Made by a program: the position numbers and the translations under genes. A DNA stretch of 63,847 nucleotides, counting the filler, from Reclinomonas americana ATCC 50394 (Eukaryota): the NCBI GenBank assembly GCA_048213135.1. It is 8 parts of 5 records of this genome, joined end to end, with 100 filler letters (N's around TTAATTAATTAA, not from the genome) between each part and the next. Parts side by side here need not be neighbours in the genome. Positions count along the whole stretch, not along the records: positions 61,011 to 63,847 come from AFZH01015966.1; 7 more parts are not named here. The stretch is one strand, 5' to 3'. Within the stretch, counting starts at the first letter, position 1, and the number at the start of each line of letters is the position of its first letter. The notes beneath the pieces are model-generated. The model made no database searches and was not told the origin of the DNA. It was given only the letters and a program-made list of their open reading frames with translations. Below are positions 62,578-63,847 of the stretch, in pieces.

Positions 62578-63433
62578 CCCTGCTGTGCTGCCACCAGTGA
62601 TGTCAATCTCGGCATCGGGAGGACTGCCCGGCATCTGGCGCTCCACATGCACATGCACACTGCATCACACACGAAGAAAGTCAGCACTCTCTCTCTGCCT
62701 CCACTCATACACACACACGCGCGTAACTTGTTCAGCGTGCCCAGCACAGTCGTCTGCGTCATGACACTCACATGTGAGTGCGACTGTGTGAGACTTCTCG
62801 CACGCACGTTCTCTCTTGCTCACCTGCGCATGCGACACGTGCGTGATGACAGTGTCCGTCGAGCTGTGTGATCCGCCCATGTTCTGTCTCCACACACACA
62901 CACACACACACAATGAGCAACACGAGCACAGAGGCAGAGAGATGGCCTTTGCTCACGATTTCGTTTGTATGTGGAATGAAATTTTGCACGTGCGCGTCTT
63001 CTCGCACACACGTTCTCGCACCAAGTCAAAACGCAATGGGTGGATCATCATCACACGACGTCTCTGTCAACCTGCACGCGGTCTCGTTGCGTAATGAAGT
63101 GTGCACTCAGCTGCGAAACACACAGAGCACTCACACTTGCGCGCAGACACGTGACTGTGCTCGGCAACGTTGCGCCTTACTCTCACTCTCTCTCTCTCTC
63201 TCTCTCTGTGCGTGTGTGTGTGTGTGCTTACCTCGTGCTCTTCATAGACCAACAATGTGCATCAAGTGGTGACGGCCACGATGCGCGAGACACCGCCGGA
63301 CATTGGCGCTCATGCTGCGGATGGCGACTTGACGACGTCGTCTCACAAGTAGCATGGCCAGTGTGTGTGTGTGAAGAAGAGAGAGACTCTGTCTTACACA
63401 AGGCATTGTATCATGCATGATATGGATGAGATT

Positions 63434-63847
63434 TTACGAGAACAATGCGGTGCGGATTGCTGGTGGAAGCATGCTCCAACGAGGGTTGGAGGAGAGGCGT
63501 GTGCGGTTGCGCTGGAGGTAGGTCTTGCAGCTGGCGATCACTGGGGCGCTGTCGGCCTCGGCAATGGACATGGCCAGCTGGAGCACGTCAAAGACGGTGT
63601 CGTCGTCCACGAGATCGGAGACCACACGGGCGCCGTTGGTGCTCAGCGGGCGGATGAAGCAGAGAGCGCCGAGGAGCCACACCTCCACAGCAATGTCAGG
63701 CGACAGCATCGCCAGCTCGTCCGTGTACAGAAAGTTGACCATGTACTCGACCGCCGCGCGAGTGTAGTTCTCCAGCACCCACTCGCCACGCTCGGCCTCG
63801 GAGAAGCCCGAGCGCAGCAGGCGGTTAAAGTAGCCGGAGCGCACCGC
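63434..63847 (-). CDS. BTB/POZ-domain protein, C-terminal part (5' end outside the window)
   Basis: RSGYFNRLLRSGFSEAERGEWVLEN....AVEYMVNFLYTDEL. Confidence 0.85.
   Translation of the reverse strand, partial: AVRSGYFNRLLRSGFSEAERGEWVLENYTRAAVEYMVNFLYTDELAMLSPDIAVEVWLLGALCFIRPLSTNGARVVSDLVDDDTVFDVLQLAMSIAEADSAPVIASCKTYLQRNRTRLSSNPRWSMLPPAIRTALFS

Noticed and set aside
1..63847. Transposons, rRNA, tRNA, snRNA genes or telomeric repeats
   Set aside because: No transposase or RT motifs, terminal repeats or recognisable structured RNA seen by eye; a covariance-model search was not possible.

Overview
Gene-dense, GC-rich, intron-rich genomic scaffold from a eukaryote, probably a unicellular protist (lineage not determinable by eye). 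It contains assembly gaps and artificial N-TTAATTAATTAA-N joins. About 20 spliced protein-coding genes can be modelled by hand: Kelch protein, SDP1/TGL4-type patatin lipase, a TPP1/Est3-like OB-fold protein, STE20/PAK-like kinase, Ulp1/SENP protease, FHIP/FAM160, two head-to-head Myb genes, GFAT/glmS, D-glutamate cyclase (DUF1445), PP2A B55, an acylated LRR protein, a GLOD4-like glyoxalase, a very large soluble-adenylyl-cyclase-like (C1-C2-STAND) gene, a BTB fragment and several low-complexity orphans. The strongest unusual signal is in splicing. More than 30 introns start with GTTGCGT/GTTGAGT (about 30% in a manual tally of the conserved genes). This is the genome's ordinary GTGCGT/GTGAGT donor displaced by one nucleotide, usually after a non-G (often CA) exon end. 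It is a major second donor class resembling the rare '+1 shifted-register' human 5' splice sites. Other highlights are a GFAT whose catalytic Cys is masked by a 49-aa leader with a PTS2-like nonapeptide, a candidate shelterin TPP1 homologue, and a cyclase with altered ligand/substrate residues. All gene models are manual and need RNA-seq confirmation.
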